DNA from: an uncultured Cytophagia bacterium
Lineage (GTDB): Bacteria > Zhuqueibacterota > Zhuqueibacteria > Oceanimicrobiales > CAZGRP01
DNA: 64,000 nucleotides
Direction of reading: 5' to 3'
Assembly (NCBI GenBank): GCA_964527995.1
Contig: CAZGRP010000016.1
Location: 806-64,805, forward strand
Both the position numbers and the translations under genes were made by a program. Below, in pieces: positions 1 through 8,389 of this stretch. Below the pieces are notes generated by a model, which had not been told where the DNA came from, searched no databases, and worked only from the letters and a program-made list of their open reading frames with translations. Numbering within the stretch: position 1 is the stretch's first letter; each line of letters opens with the position of its first letter.

Positions 1-259
1 GGTCGGCCTCGGTGCGCGCAGCGATGCGACTGAGTTCCAGCGAATCGCCTCGATAATCCGGCACGGAATGAAACAGCGCCGGTTCCATATAGTTGTGGCC
101 AAGGATGATGGCGCCGCGTTCTTCTTTGAGCCGGTTGATCTCGTAGGCCAGTTCGGCTTTATAGCGAATCTCGAAGTCTGGCATGATATGAGCCAGCTTC
201 CGCCGCATCTCTGCGTACGTTTCTTCGAGGGTATGAGTCGTAAACTCGGTGGCGATCAT
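1..259 (-). CDS. nadA: Quinolinate synthase A, N-terminal part (runs off window start)
   Basis: Manual translation from ATG at 259: MIATEFTTHTLEETYAEMRRKLAHIMPDFEIRYKAELAYEINRLKEERGAIILGHNYMEPALFHSVPDYRGDSLELSRIAARTEAD; ILxHNY and GDSLELS are NadA motifs; RBS GAGG upstream; not in the ORF track. Confidence 0.9.
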   Translation of the reverse strand, partial: MIATEFTTHTLEETYAEMRRKLAHIMPDFEIRYKAELAYEINRLKEERGAIILGHNYMEPALFHSVPDYRGDSLELSRIAARTEAD

Positions 260-274
260 GATTCCTCGCTCGTT

Positions 275-309
275 GGTAGGTACCAGGGATCAGATACCAG
301 GTCTCAGGT
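275..309. repeat. Degenerate heptamer tandem array
   Basis: ggtaggt accaggg atcagat accaggt ctcaggt, 7-nt period in the nadA leader. Confidence 0.55.
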
Positions 310-331
310 TTCGCTTTTCCATCCTGTCGTG

Positions 332-360
332 AATATACAAAACTTAGCCGTTCCTCGCAA
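332..360 (-). promoter_or_regulatory. Putative sigma70 promoter of nadA
   Basis: Minus strand TTGCGA-N17-TATATT. Confidence 0.55.
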
Positions 361-402
361 TCAACGATTTTGATACACCCGCCGGCGGGGTACAAAAAAT
401 GC

Positions 403-431
403 TTGTGGTTCCAGGAAAATGATTGTATCTT
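403..431 (+). promoter_or_regulatory. Putative sigma70 promoter of the egtD operon
   Basis: TTGTGG-N17-TATCTT, divergent from the nadA promoter. Confidence 0.5.
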
Positions 432-472
432 GACCGCGATTTCACCCTTGCACGCAAGCATGGAGGAAGAGG

Positions 473-1480
473 TTGGAGGACCAAACTAGTGCCGTCGTAT
501 CCGAGCCACGTATCGAGTTACGTATCGCCGGCACGGATCGGGATGGCGCCACCTTCGCAGAGGACGTTCGGCGCGGGCTCGCCGCCACGCCGAAAGAGTT
601 GCCGCCGAAGTACTTCTACGACGAGGTGGGCTCTCAACTGTTTGAGCAGATTTGTGCCCTGCCGGAGTATTATCTCACCCGCACCGAACGAGCGATCCTC
701 GCACAATACGCCGCCGAGATTGCCGCCGTAATGGATGCTGCGCCGGTCCTTGTGGAGCTGGGCAGCGGCAGCTCGTCTAAGACTCGCCTGCTGATCGAGG
801 CCTTCTTGAAGCGGCACGGGGTGCTGCACTACGTGCCCGTGGACCTGTCGCCGAGCATCTTGGAGGAGAGCGTCCGCTCTCTGGCCGAGGACTACCCGGC
901 GTTGCGAATCACTGCGCACGTGGCGGAGTATTTTACGGCCCTGCGCGCGCTTACCGAAGAGGAGTGGAGCCCGAAGCTGATCATCTTCCTCGGCTCCAAT
1001 ATCGGCAACTTTGGCCCTGGCGAAGCCGAGGAGTTCCTGGCCACGGTGCGGAATACGATGACGGAAAGTGACCGTATGCTGGTCGGCATCGACCTCATCA
1101 AGGAGCGTGAGGTTCTACAGGCGGCCTATGATGATCGTCAGGGCATCACCGCCCGGTTCAACCTCAACGTGCTGGCGCGAATCAACCGCGAGCTCGGTGG
1201 CCATTTTGACCTGAACAAATTTCGCCACCTGGCCTTGTTCAACGAAGAGCACAGCCGCATGGAGATCTACCTGGAGAGCAGGGTGGCACACAGCGTCAGG
1301 ATCGATGCCATCGATCTGGTTGCCGATTTCGCCGGCGGCGAAAGGATCCACACAGAGGATTCGCACAAGTTTTCAGCGGAGCAGATCAACGCCCTGGCCT
1401 CCAATGCCGGTCTCAGCGTCGAGCGGGCCTGGTACGACGATCGTCACTGGTTCGGAGTACATTTGCTCAAGCGCTCCTGA
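473..1480 (+). CDS. egtD: L-histidine N-alpha-methyltransferase (hercynine synthase, Methyltransf_33)
   Basis: PKELPPKYFYDEVGSQLFEQICALPEYYLTRTE, VELGSGSSSKT, FLGSNIGN, AAYDD..GITARFN, IHTEDSHKF; TTG start with GGAGG-like RBS. Confidence 0.92.
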   Translation: MEDQTSAVVSEPRIELRIAGTDRDGATFAEDVRRGLAATPKELPPKYFYDEVGSQLFEQICALPEYYLTRTERAILAQYAAEIAAVMDAAPVLVELGSGSSSKTRLLIEAFLKRHGVLHYVPVDLSPSILEESVRSLAEDYPALRITAHVAEYFTALRALTEEEWSPKLIIFLGSNIGNFGPGEAEEFLATVRNTMTESDRMLVGIDLIKEREVLQAAYDDRQGITARFNLNVLARINRELGGHFDLNKFRHLALFNEEHSRMEIYLESRVAHSVRIDAIDLVADFAGGERIHTEDSHKFSAEQINALASNAGLSVERAWYDDRHWFGVHLLKRS

Positions 1481-2238
1481 TGGCCAACGAGATCGTTCTT
1501 GAAGGGGTCTGGAAAGCCTACCCCGGCTGCACGGCCCTTGCCGATGTCGATCTGACCCTCCCGGGTGATCGCACGACGGCCATCGTCGGCCCCAGCGGCA
1601 GCGGCAAGTCCACACTCCTGCAGCTCATCAACGGGCTGGTGCGGCCCGACCGCGGCCATGTGCGAATCGATGGGCAGCTCATCGATTACGACCACCTGCC
1701 TGAGTTGCGCCGCAGTATCGGATACGCCGTCCAGGGAACAGGTCTCTTTCCGCACCTCACCGTGATGCAGAATATCACCCTGCTGGCCAAGCTGAGCGGC
1801 TGGGAGCGTCTGCGAATTCGCGCCCGAGCCGAGGAGCTGATGCGCCTGGTGGACCTGCCGCTCGCCTTTGCCGAACGGTATCCGCATGAGCTGAGCGGCG
1901 GCGAGCAGCAACGCGTCGGCCTGTGCCGGGCGATGATGCTCAACCCGAAGATCTTCTTGCTCGACGAACCCTTCGGTGCCCTCGATTCCATCACTCGCAG
2001 CGAAATCCATGAGGAATTCCTCAAGCTGCAGCAGCTCGAGCCGCGCACCATCGTCCTGGTCACCCACGACCTGCGTGAGGCCCTGAAGCTGGCGCAGCAT
2101 CTGGTCATCCTGCGCCGAGGCAGAGTGGTGCAGACCGGCCGGTGCGATCATGTGGTGCGCCATCCTGCCAGCGAGTTTGTCAGCTATCTTTTCCAGTCGC
2201 AGGTGTTCGAAACTCCCTACGCCCAAATCTCCCCATGA
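1480..2238 (+). CDS. ABC transporter ATP-binding subunit, osmoprotectant (OpuA/ProV/EgtV-like) family
   Basis: Walker A GPSGSGKST, LSGGEQQRVG signature, LLDEPFGALD; overlaps the egtD stop. Confidence 0.9.
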   Translation: MANEIVLEGVWKAYPGCTALADVDLTLPGDRTTAIVGPSGSGKSTLLQLINGLVRPDRGHVRIDGQLIDYDHLPELRRSIGYAVQGTGLFPHLTVMQNITLLAKLSGWERLRIRARAEELMRLVDLPLAFAERYPHELSGGEQQRVGLCRAMMLNPKIFLLDEPFGALDSITRSEIHEEFLKLQQLEPRTIVLVTHDLREALKLAQHLVILRRGRVVQTGRCDHVVRHPASEFVSYLFQSQVFETPYAQISP

Positions 2239-3734
2239 AACACGCGGTCCGCCTTTCGCTCGTCCTGGCCACACTCGAAGTCACAGGGTTGTTCAGCCAG
2301 AGGCTGATCGCAGCTCCTGTGGTCGTCGCATCCAAGCATTTCAACGAGGGATACATCCTGGCCGAGATCATTGCCCAGCTTCTCGAAGACCGTGGGTTTT
2401 CCGTCGAGCGGCGGTTCGGTCTCGGCGGCACCATGGTGTGCTATCGGGCCCTGGTGAACGGCGAAGTCGATGTATACCCGGAGTATTCCGGCACCATCGA
2501 ACAGGCCATCCTGAAGTTGAAGCAGCATCCGGACTACAATGAACTGCAACGTATCTTGCGCCGTAAACACGGCTTGATTCTGCTCGAATCCTTCGGATTC
2601 AACAACACCTATGCCCTGGCGGTGCGCCGGGACCTTGCCGCACGCCTGGGGCTGCGGACGATCGCTGACTTGATGAAGCACCCGGGACTGCGGTTTGGCC
2701 TGAGCCACGAGTTCCTCCACCGGCAGGATGGCTGGCCGGGTCTGGCTGGCATGTACGGCCTGGCTGTACGCCCGCTGGGGATCGAACACGGGCTCATCTA
2801 CCAGGCCATCGCTGAAGGCAAGGTGGACGTGATCGACGTCTACTCCACCGACGCCGAGATCGAGCGCTACGATCTGGTCCTCCTGGAGGACAACCGCAGC
2901 TACTTCCCAACCTATCTGGCGGCGCCCTTGTTGCGAGAAGACCTTGATCCGCGCATAGCGGTCGTCCTCACGGAACTTGCCGACACGATCGACGAGGCCG
3001 AAATGCGGCGGCTGAACGCCGGCGTCTCCATCGACAAAAAGAGCTTCGCGGAAGTGGCCCGCATGTTCCTTCTCGACCGTGGTCTTTTGCGCCGCAATCA
3101 CGCGGTGGCAGTCGATCATCCGTGGAAACTGCTGGCACACCGGGCCCTCGTTCACATCGAGCTGACCGTGGTGGCCGTGCTTGCTGGCATGGCCATCGCC
3201 ATACCGTTCGGCATGCTGATCTACCGCGTGCCACCCTTGTCGCGACCCGTGCTCTATATCACCGGTTTGCTACAGACGATCCCATCGATCGCCCTGCTGG
3301 CGTTCATGATACCGCTCTTCGGGATTGGCGTGCGGCCGGCCATTGTGGCGCTCTTCCTTTATGCCCTGCTGCCGATTCTGCGCAATACCTATGCGGCGCT
3401 GCAGTCGATCGATCCGGTGTTGAAGAAGGTGGCGGTGGGTATGGGGCTGACATCCTGGCAGCGCCTGCGGCGTATCGAGCTGCCGCTGGCCATGCCGACG
3501 ATCCTGGCCGGAGTACGCACGGCAACCGTGATCAACATCGGCACGGCGACGCTGGCGGCCTTTATCGGCGCCGGCGGCCTCGGCGAGCCCATCGTCACCG
3601 GGCTGGCGCTGAACGATACGTCGCTGATCCTGCAGGGAGCGGTGCCGGCCGCCTTGCTGGCAATCGCTGCGGAACTGCTCTTTGAAGGGCTGGAAAGGGC
3701 GCTGGTCCCGAAACATCTGTTGTCAAAGGGGTGA
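2235..3734 (+). CDS. Fused substrate-binding (OpuAC-type) plus permease protein of a betaine/ergothioneine-type ABC transporter
   Basis: N-terminal SKHFNEGYIL, GLGGT, DVYPEYSGT, FNNTYALA, DVYSTD; C-terminal TM part QTIPSIALL, ELPLAMPTILAGVR, AFIGAGGLG; ATG at 2235 overlaps the ATPase stop (ATGA). Confidence 0.9.
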   Translation: MKHAVRLSLVLATLEVTGLFSQRLIAAPVVVASKHFNEGYILAEIIAQLLEDRGFSVERRFGLGGTMVCYRALVNGEVDVYPEYSGTIEQAILKLKQHPDYNELQRILRRKHGLILLESFGFNNTYALAVRRDLAARLGLRTIADLMKHPGLRFGLSHEFLHRQDGWPGLAGMYGLAVRPLGIEHGLIYQAIAEGKVDVIDVYSTDAEIERYDLVLLEDNRSYFPTYLAAPLLREDLDPRIAVVLTELADTIDEAEMRRLNAGVSIDKKSFAEVARMFLLDRGLLRRNHAVAVDHPWKLLAHRALVHIELTVVAVLAGMAIAIPFGMLIYRVPPLSRPVLYITGLLQTIPSIALLAFMIPLFGIGVRPAIVALFLYALLPILRNTYAALQSIDPVLKKVAVGMGLTSWQRLRRIELPLAMPTILAGVRTATVINIGTATLAAFIGAGGLGEPIVTGLALNDTSLILQGAVPAALLAIAAELLFEGLERALVPKHLLSKG

Positions 3735-3811
3735 GCCGAAGGGTCAGGCCAAGGCCGCCGGTTCTGTCAAATCCAACAAGTTGCTCGTGCTGAAACAAGG
3801 AGTGCTGGTCC

Positions 3812-4963
3812 ATGTTCAAACATCTGGAAACCAAACTGATCCATGCCGGTGAGCCGGACCCGCGCATCGGCGGAGCCGTCAGTATGCCCATTTTTCAGTC
3901 GGCCATGTTCGAATACGCCGGCGAGCAAAGCTACCACGACCTCAGGTACATCCGCCTGAACAACACCCCGAACCACACAGCTCTGCACCAGAAGCTGTCG
4001 GCGCTGGAGAATGCCGAGGCGGCACTGGTGGCGGCCAGTGGCATGGCCGCCATCTCCACCGCTCTGCTGACCGTGCTGTCGACGGGCGACCACCTGCTGG
4101 TGCAGGACACGCTCTACGGCGGCACGCATGGATTGATCACGAGAGAATTCCCGGCCTTCGGCATCTCTTTTGATTTTATCGACGCCGATGACCCGGAGTC
4201 GTGGAAGGGCAAGCTGAAGCCAAAGACGAGGGCCATCTACGTGGAAACCATGACCAATCCGTTGCTCCAGGTAGGCGACCTTCGGGCTGTGGTGGCCTTT
4301 GCCAAGGAGCACGGGCTGGTCTCTATGATCGACAACACCTTCGCCAGCCCGGTGAACTTCCGGCCGCCGGAATGGGGGTTCGACCTGTCGCTGCACAGTT
4401 GCACCAAATACCTCAACGGTCATTCCGACATCGTCGCCGGAGCCGTCATCGGTCGGGCTGATCTGGTCGAGGAGATCACCCACCGGCTGAATCATCTCGG
4501 TGGTTCGCTCGATCCGCATGCCTGCTTTCTGTTGCATCGCGGCATCAAGACCCTTGCCGTGCGCATGAGGCAGCACAACGAGAGTGCTCTGCGGATAGCG
4601 CACTTTCTCGAACGGCATCCCGCGGTCGCCAGGGTCAACTATCCGGGGTTGGAAAGCCACCCCAGGTTCCAGCGCGCTCGGGAGCTGTTCGACGGCTTCA
4701 GCGGCATGCTCAGCTTCGAGCTGAAGGGAGGTCTGCAGGCGGCGGAGGAGTTCATGCGGCGCACGACCCTGCCGGTAATTGCGCCCAGCCTCGGCGGCGT
4801 CGAAACGCTGATCACCCTGCCGGCAACGACCTCGCATGCTGGCATGGCGCCGGAAGAGCGCCGGCGGCTGGGAATCTCTGACAGCCTGATCCGTGTGTCG
4901 GTGGGGATCGAGGCGGCAGACGACATCATCGAGGATTTCGATCGCGCTTTGTCTTCATCATAA
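3812..4963 (+). CDS. PLP-dependent trans-sulfuration enzyme (cystathionine gamma-synthase/lyase family)
   Basis: SGMAAI, YGGT, ETMTNP, DNTFASP, HSCTKYLNGHSD (PLP lysine), SLGGVETL, RVSVGIE. Confidence 0.9.
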   Translation: MFKHLETKLIHAGEPDPRIGGAVSMPIFQSAMFEYAGEQSYHDLRYIRLNNTPNHTALHQKLSALENAEAALVAASGMAAISTALLTVLSTGDHLLVQDTLYGGTHGLITREFPAFGISFDFIDADDPESWKGKLKPKTRAIYVETMTNPLLQVGDLRAVVAFAKEHGLVSMIDNTFASPVNFRPPEWGFDLSLHSCTKYLNGHSDIVAGAVIGRADLVEEITHRLNHLGGSLDPHACFLLHRGIKTLAVRMRQHNESALRIAHFLERHPAVARVNYPGLESHPRFQRARELFDGFSGMLSFELKGGLQAAEEFMRRTTLPVIAPSLGGVETLITLPATTSHAGMAPEERRRLGISDSLIRVSVGIEAADDIIEDFDRALSSS

Positions 4964-5051
4964 CTCTGGCTCCGCGATCGGAACGGTCCATTGCCTCCGA
5001 AAGTCGGAGGGTGGGCTTGGGAGGTTTGTCTGTGGCAGCGAGGTCGGTTTG

Positions 5052-5248
5052 TGGATTGATGGATTCATGGGTCGGTGGAGTTTTGGATTACTGGATTGCT
5101 GGATCACTGAAGGGAAAGGATCTGTCGAGCCATGAAGATCCGTTGCACCGGAACGTGTGACCAATGACTGCAACACTCCGCCAATCCATGCTCCACAAAT
5201 TCATCGATCCAACCCTCCAGCGATCCGGCCTTTCACTACTCTACGAAG
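5052..5248. repeat. Inverted pair of degenerate octamer arrays
   Basis: tggattga tggattca tgggtcgg tggagttt tggattac tggattgc tggatcac (5052-5107), then complementary-type units such as tccacaaa ttcatcga tccaaccc tccagcga (about 5160-5248). Confidence 0.6.
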
Positions 5249-5301
5249 AACAATAGGACGTGCCGGTTCGAGATTGAATTCGCAAGACAAGGAGATACCC
5301 G

Positions 5302-6876
5302 TTGCCAAGCTTTGACCCGATTCTCTTGGAGATCTTCCGAAACCTTTTCTACGCTGTAGCCGAGGAGATGGGAGTGACCCTCTGCCGCACCGCTTTTTCT
5401 CCCAATATCAAGGAGCGGCGCGACTTCTCTTGCGCCGTTTTCGATGGTGACGGGCATATGGTGGCACAGGGGGAACACATGCCCGTGCACCTCGGGTCGA
5501 TGCCGCTTTCGGTGGAGAGCGCGGTGCGCAACGTTCCGATGGCGAAAGGCGACATGGTGGTCCTCAACGACCCGTATCGTGGCGGCACTCATCTTCCCGA
5601 CATCACCCTGGTGGCTCCGGTGTTCCACGGGAACAGTCGGCGGCCGCTTTTCTACGTTGCCAACCGGGCCCACCACGCCGATGTCGGTGGCATGACGCCG
5701 GGTTCGATGCCGCTGTCGACGAGCGTCTTCCAGGAAGGGGTCCGCATCCCGCCGCTGAAGCTGGTGGAGGCTGGAAAGGTGAACCGGCAGATCCTGGACT
5801 TCATTCTGGCAAACGTGCGCACCCCCGAAGAACGCGACGGCGACCTGTCGGCGCAGATCGCCGCCCTGCGAACCGGCGAGCGCCGGCTTCTGGAGATGGC
5901 CGGCAAATACGGCGTGGCCACGATCCGCCGGTATATGCGCGAGTTGCAGGACTATGCCGAGCGCATGACACGAGCGGCGATTGCGGCCATGCCCAACGGC
6001 ACATATCGTTTCGAGGACGTGATGGATGACGACGGCGTCGATCCGGGAGAGGTGCCGATTCGGGTGGCGATCACCATTGCCGGAGACCAGGCGATCGTGG
6101 ATTTTACAGGGTCAGCGGCCCAGGTGCGCGGCTGTGTGAACGCGGTTTTCGCCATCACCTACTCCGCGACATTCTACGTTTTTCGTTGCGTCGTAGATGT
6201 CCCCATCCCCTCGAACTATGGCGGCCAGAAGCCGTTGCAGGTGATTGCGCCGGAGGGTACGGTTGTGAACGCGAGCTTCCCGGCCGCAGTCGCGGGCGGC
6301 AATGTCGAGACCAGCCAGCGCATCGTGGATGTGCTGCTTGGTGCCCTGGCACAGGCCGTCCCCGATCGTATCCCGGCGGCGAGCAGCGGCACCATGAACA
6401 ATCTCACCATCGGCGGCGTCGATCCGCGGAGCGGCGAACCGTTCGCCTATTACGAGACCATTGCGGGTGGAATGGGGGCACGGCCGGGTGCACCTGGAAT
6501 CAGCGGCATCCACACCCACATGACCAACACGATGAACACGCCGATCGAAGCGCTGGAGCATGCCTACCCCATGCGCGTTCTGCGCTACCATTTTCGCCGA
6601 GGCTCTGGAGGCGCCGGCCGCTATCGTGGCGGAGACGGACTACGACGCGACATCCAGGTTCTTGTGCCCGCCGAAGCAACCATCCTCTCTGAGCGCCGCC
6701 GGTCGCGACCGTATGGGCTTGCCGGCGGCGAGCCCGGGCAGTGCGGTGAAAACGTGCTTCTACACAAGGGGTGCGAGGAAAGGCCGCCCGGAAAAGTGCG
6801 CCTGCACCTGGAACCAGGCGACGTGTTGAGTATCCGCACCCCCGGCGGAGGCGGCTGGGGGAAGGCTGAGGGCTGA
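5302..6876 (+). CDS. Hydantoinase B / 5-oxoprolinase family subunit
   Basis: [64 protein letters not shown]. Confidence 0.93.
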   Translation: MPSFDPILLEIFRNLFYAVAEEMGVTLCRTAFSPNIKERRDFSCAVFDGDGHMVAQGEHMPVHLGSMPLSVESAVRNVPMAKGDMVVLNDPYRGGTHLPDITLVAPVFHGNSRRPLFYVANRAHHADVGGMTPGSMPLSTSVFQEGVRIPPLKLVEAGKVNRQILDFILANVRTPEERDGDLSAQIAALRTGERRLLEMAGKYGVATIRRYMRELQDYAERMTRAAIAAMPNGTYRFEDVMDDDGVDPGEVPIRVAITIAGDQAIVDFTGSAAQVRGCVNAVFAITYSATFYVFRCVVDVPIPSNYGGQKPLQVIAPEGTVVNASFPAAVAGGNVETSQRIVDVLLGALAQAVPDRIPAASSGTMNNLTIGGVDPRSGEPFAYYETIAGGMGARPGAPGISGIHTHMTNTMNTPIEALEHAYPMRVLRYHFRRGSGGAGRYRGGDGLRRDIQVLVPAEATILSERRRSRPYGLAGGEPGQCGENVLLHKGCEERPPGKVRLHLEPGDVLSIRTPGGGGWGKAEG

Positions 6877-6959
6877 GGGAAGATGGTTGATGGACGATGA
6901 AGGATGCGGTTGCACCGAACCCTCGGGATTTGGATTCTGGGCTGCGGATCTCGGATTTC
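6866..6959. repeat. Two degenerate heptamer tandem arrays
   Basis: ctgaggg ctgaggg aagatgg ttgatgg acgatga aggatgc; gggattt ggattct gggctgc ggatctc ggatttc. Confidence 0.55.
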
Positions 6960-7328
6960 GGTGAGGAGTCTGCGATTCTATCGCAGTGGATCTTTGGTCC
7001 AACGGACAAAGGCAGCCAACGGACTGCACGAGCGCGAGATCTCTGCCGACCAACTTTGCTCCGACATGCTGGTCAATGGCAGGATGGAGGCCTGTGCTTG
7101 AATCGATCCCGAAATTCCCAATCGCAGTTTCCAGCTTGTTGCGGCTTCTGCGGTCGGCCCCGTACCGACTTTAGCTCTGAGCCCGGGAGTTCATTCGCGG
7201 GCGATGGCTGGCTTGGGAGCCGCGTATGGACGCGAATGCACGCGAATTGTGTGCTGCGGGTCGGTTCGATTGGTAAAGAGACAGACCAGCGATGGCAGCC
7301 CAGTTCCAATTTCCAAGACCGCCTAAAG

Positions 7329-7370
7329 TCCCCCTTCGAAGGGGGAGTTAGGGGGATGTCAGGGGGATGG
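7329..7370. repeat. REP-like palindromic element
   Basis: Perfect 18-bp palindrome tcccccttcgaaggggga followed by two aggggga(t) units. Confidence 0.6.
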
Positions 7371-7458
7371 AAGATGGCTTGGAACGCCGCCTGCAGGCGG
7401 TAGCGGGCGTTTTCAATTTGGGATGTCGGATTTCGGATTGCAGCGGAGCGAGGCACGA

Positions 7459-8154
7459 ATGAAACTTCTTCTTTTTGACATAGACGGCACCCTCCTGCAC
7501 AGCGGTGGTGCCGGGCGCCGGGCGATGGACAAAGCCTTTGAGGAACTCTACGGCATTGCCGATGCCTTCCGCGGAATCGAAATGGCTGGAAAGACAGACA
7601 CGTTGATACTCGAAGAGGCACTCCGCAAGTTTGGGCTTCCGGTCGAGGCCGACCAAGTTGCGGACTTCAAGCGGCGCTACTTCGAGCTTTTGCGCCAGGA
7701 AATCCGCAGGCCCAGCGAACGCCAGCGGTTGATGCCCGGCATACGCGAGCTGCTGCAGCGCCTATCGCGCCACCCGAAGGTGACTCTCGGCCTCCTCACT
7801 GGCAACTGGCGCGAAGGCGGCATGATCAAGTTGCGGCATTTTTCTCTGGCGGGCTTCTTCAAGCTCGGCGCCTTCGCCGAGGACGCCCCCAGCAGAGACG
7901 AACTTGTCCCTGTAGCTGTGGAGCGCTACCGCGAGTTGACCGGAAAGACACCCGCACCAGACGACGTCTGGGTCATCGGCGACACGCCGCGCGACGTGGC
8001 CTGCGCTCGCCCGCATGGAGCCCGCGCCATCGCCGTTGCCACCGGACTTTTTTCTCTCGAAGATCTGGCGAAGTCGAGGCCGGATGCCCTTTTCGCCGAT
8101 TTTTCCAACCTCGAAGCCTTCCTCAGACTGCTTGAAAACACGCCTCTCACCTAG
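7459..8154 (+). CDS. HAD superfamily hydrolase (phosphoglycolate phosphatase-like)
   Basis: LLFDIDGTLL motif I, LLTGN motif II, VIGDTPRD motif IV. Confidence 0.9.
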   Translation: MKLLLFDIDGTLLHSGGAGRRAMDKAFEELYGIADAFRGIEMAGKTDTLILEEALRKFGLPVEADQVADFKRRYFELLRQEIRRPSERQRLMPGIRELLQRLSRHPKVTLGLLTGNWREGGMIKLRHFSLAGFFKLGAFAEDAPSRDELVPVAVERYRELTGKTPAPDDVWVIGDTPRDVACARPHGARAIAVATGLFSLEDLAKSRPDALFADFSNLEAFLRLLENTPLT

Positions 8155-8288
8155 GAATAAAGCTCCTCGGCGGGCCGTTACAGGATTTGTGAGCCAGCCA
8201 GGAAGGCAAGAAGGCCGATGCGGCTCACCGACCCGACGCAGCCTTGCCTGCATCCGAAAAATAGCGCAGTTCCGTTGATCCCTCCCCC

Positions 8289-8324
8289 AGGCCTCGGACC
8301 CCAAATGGGTTCGGGGCCTTTTTT
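8289..8324 (+). terminator. Rho-independent terminator
   Basis: aggcctcggaccc-caaat-gggttcggggcct followed by a T-run. Confidence 0.75.
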
Positions 8325-8355
8325 GAGGCTACCCCCAGGCCAGAAAAAAATCGCG

Positions 8356-8384
8356 TTGACTCTTGTTACCATTTCGTTTATCTT
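8356..8384 (+). promoter_or_regulatory. Putative sigma70 promoter of the envelope operon
   Basis: TTGACT-N17-TATCTT, with an A-tract upstream. Confidence 0.65.
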
Positions 8385-8389
8385 TTGAC

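Noticed and set aside
68-373. 101-aa plus-strand ORF
   Set aside because: Shadow of nadA on the opposite strand.
5052-5248. Possible CRISPR array
   Set aside because: Units are 8 nt without unique spacers, and there are no cas genes.
8185-8215. Possible SRP RNA (ccaggaagg)
   Set aside because: Lacks the conserved CAGG-nn-GNRA-nn-AGCAG domain IV arrangement.
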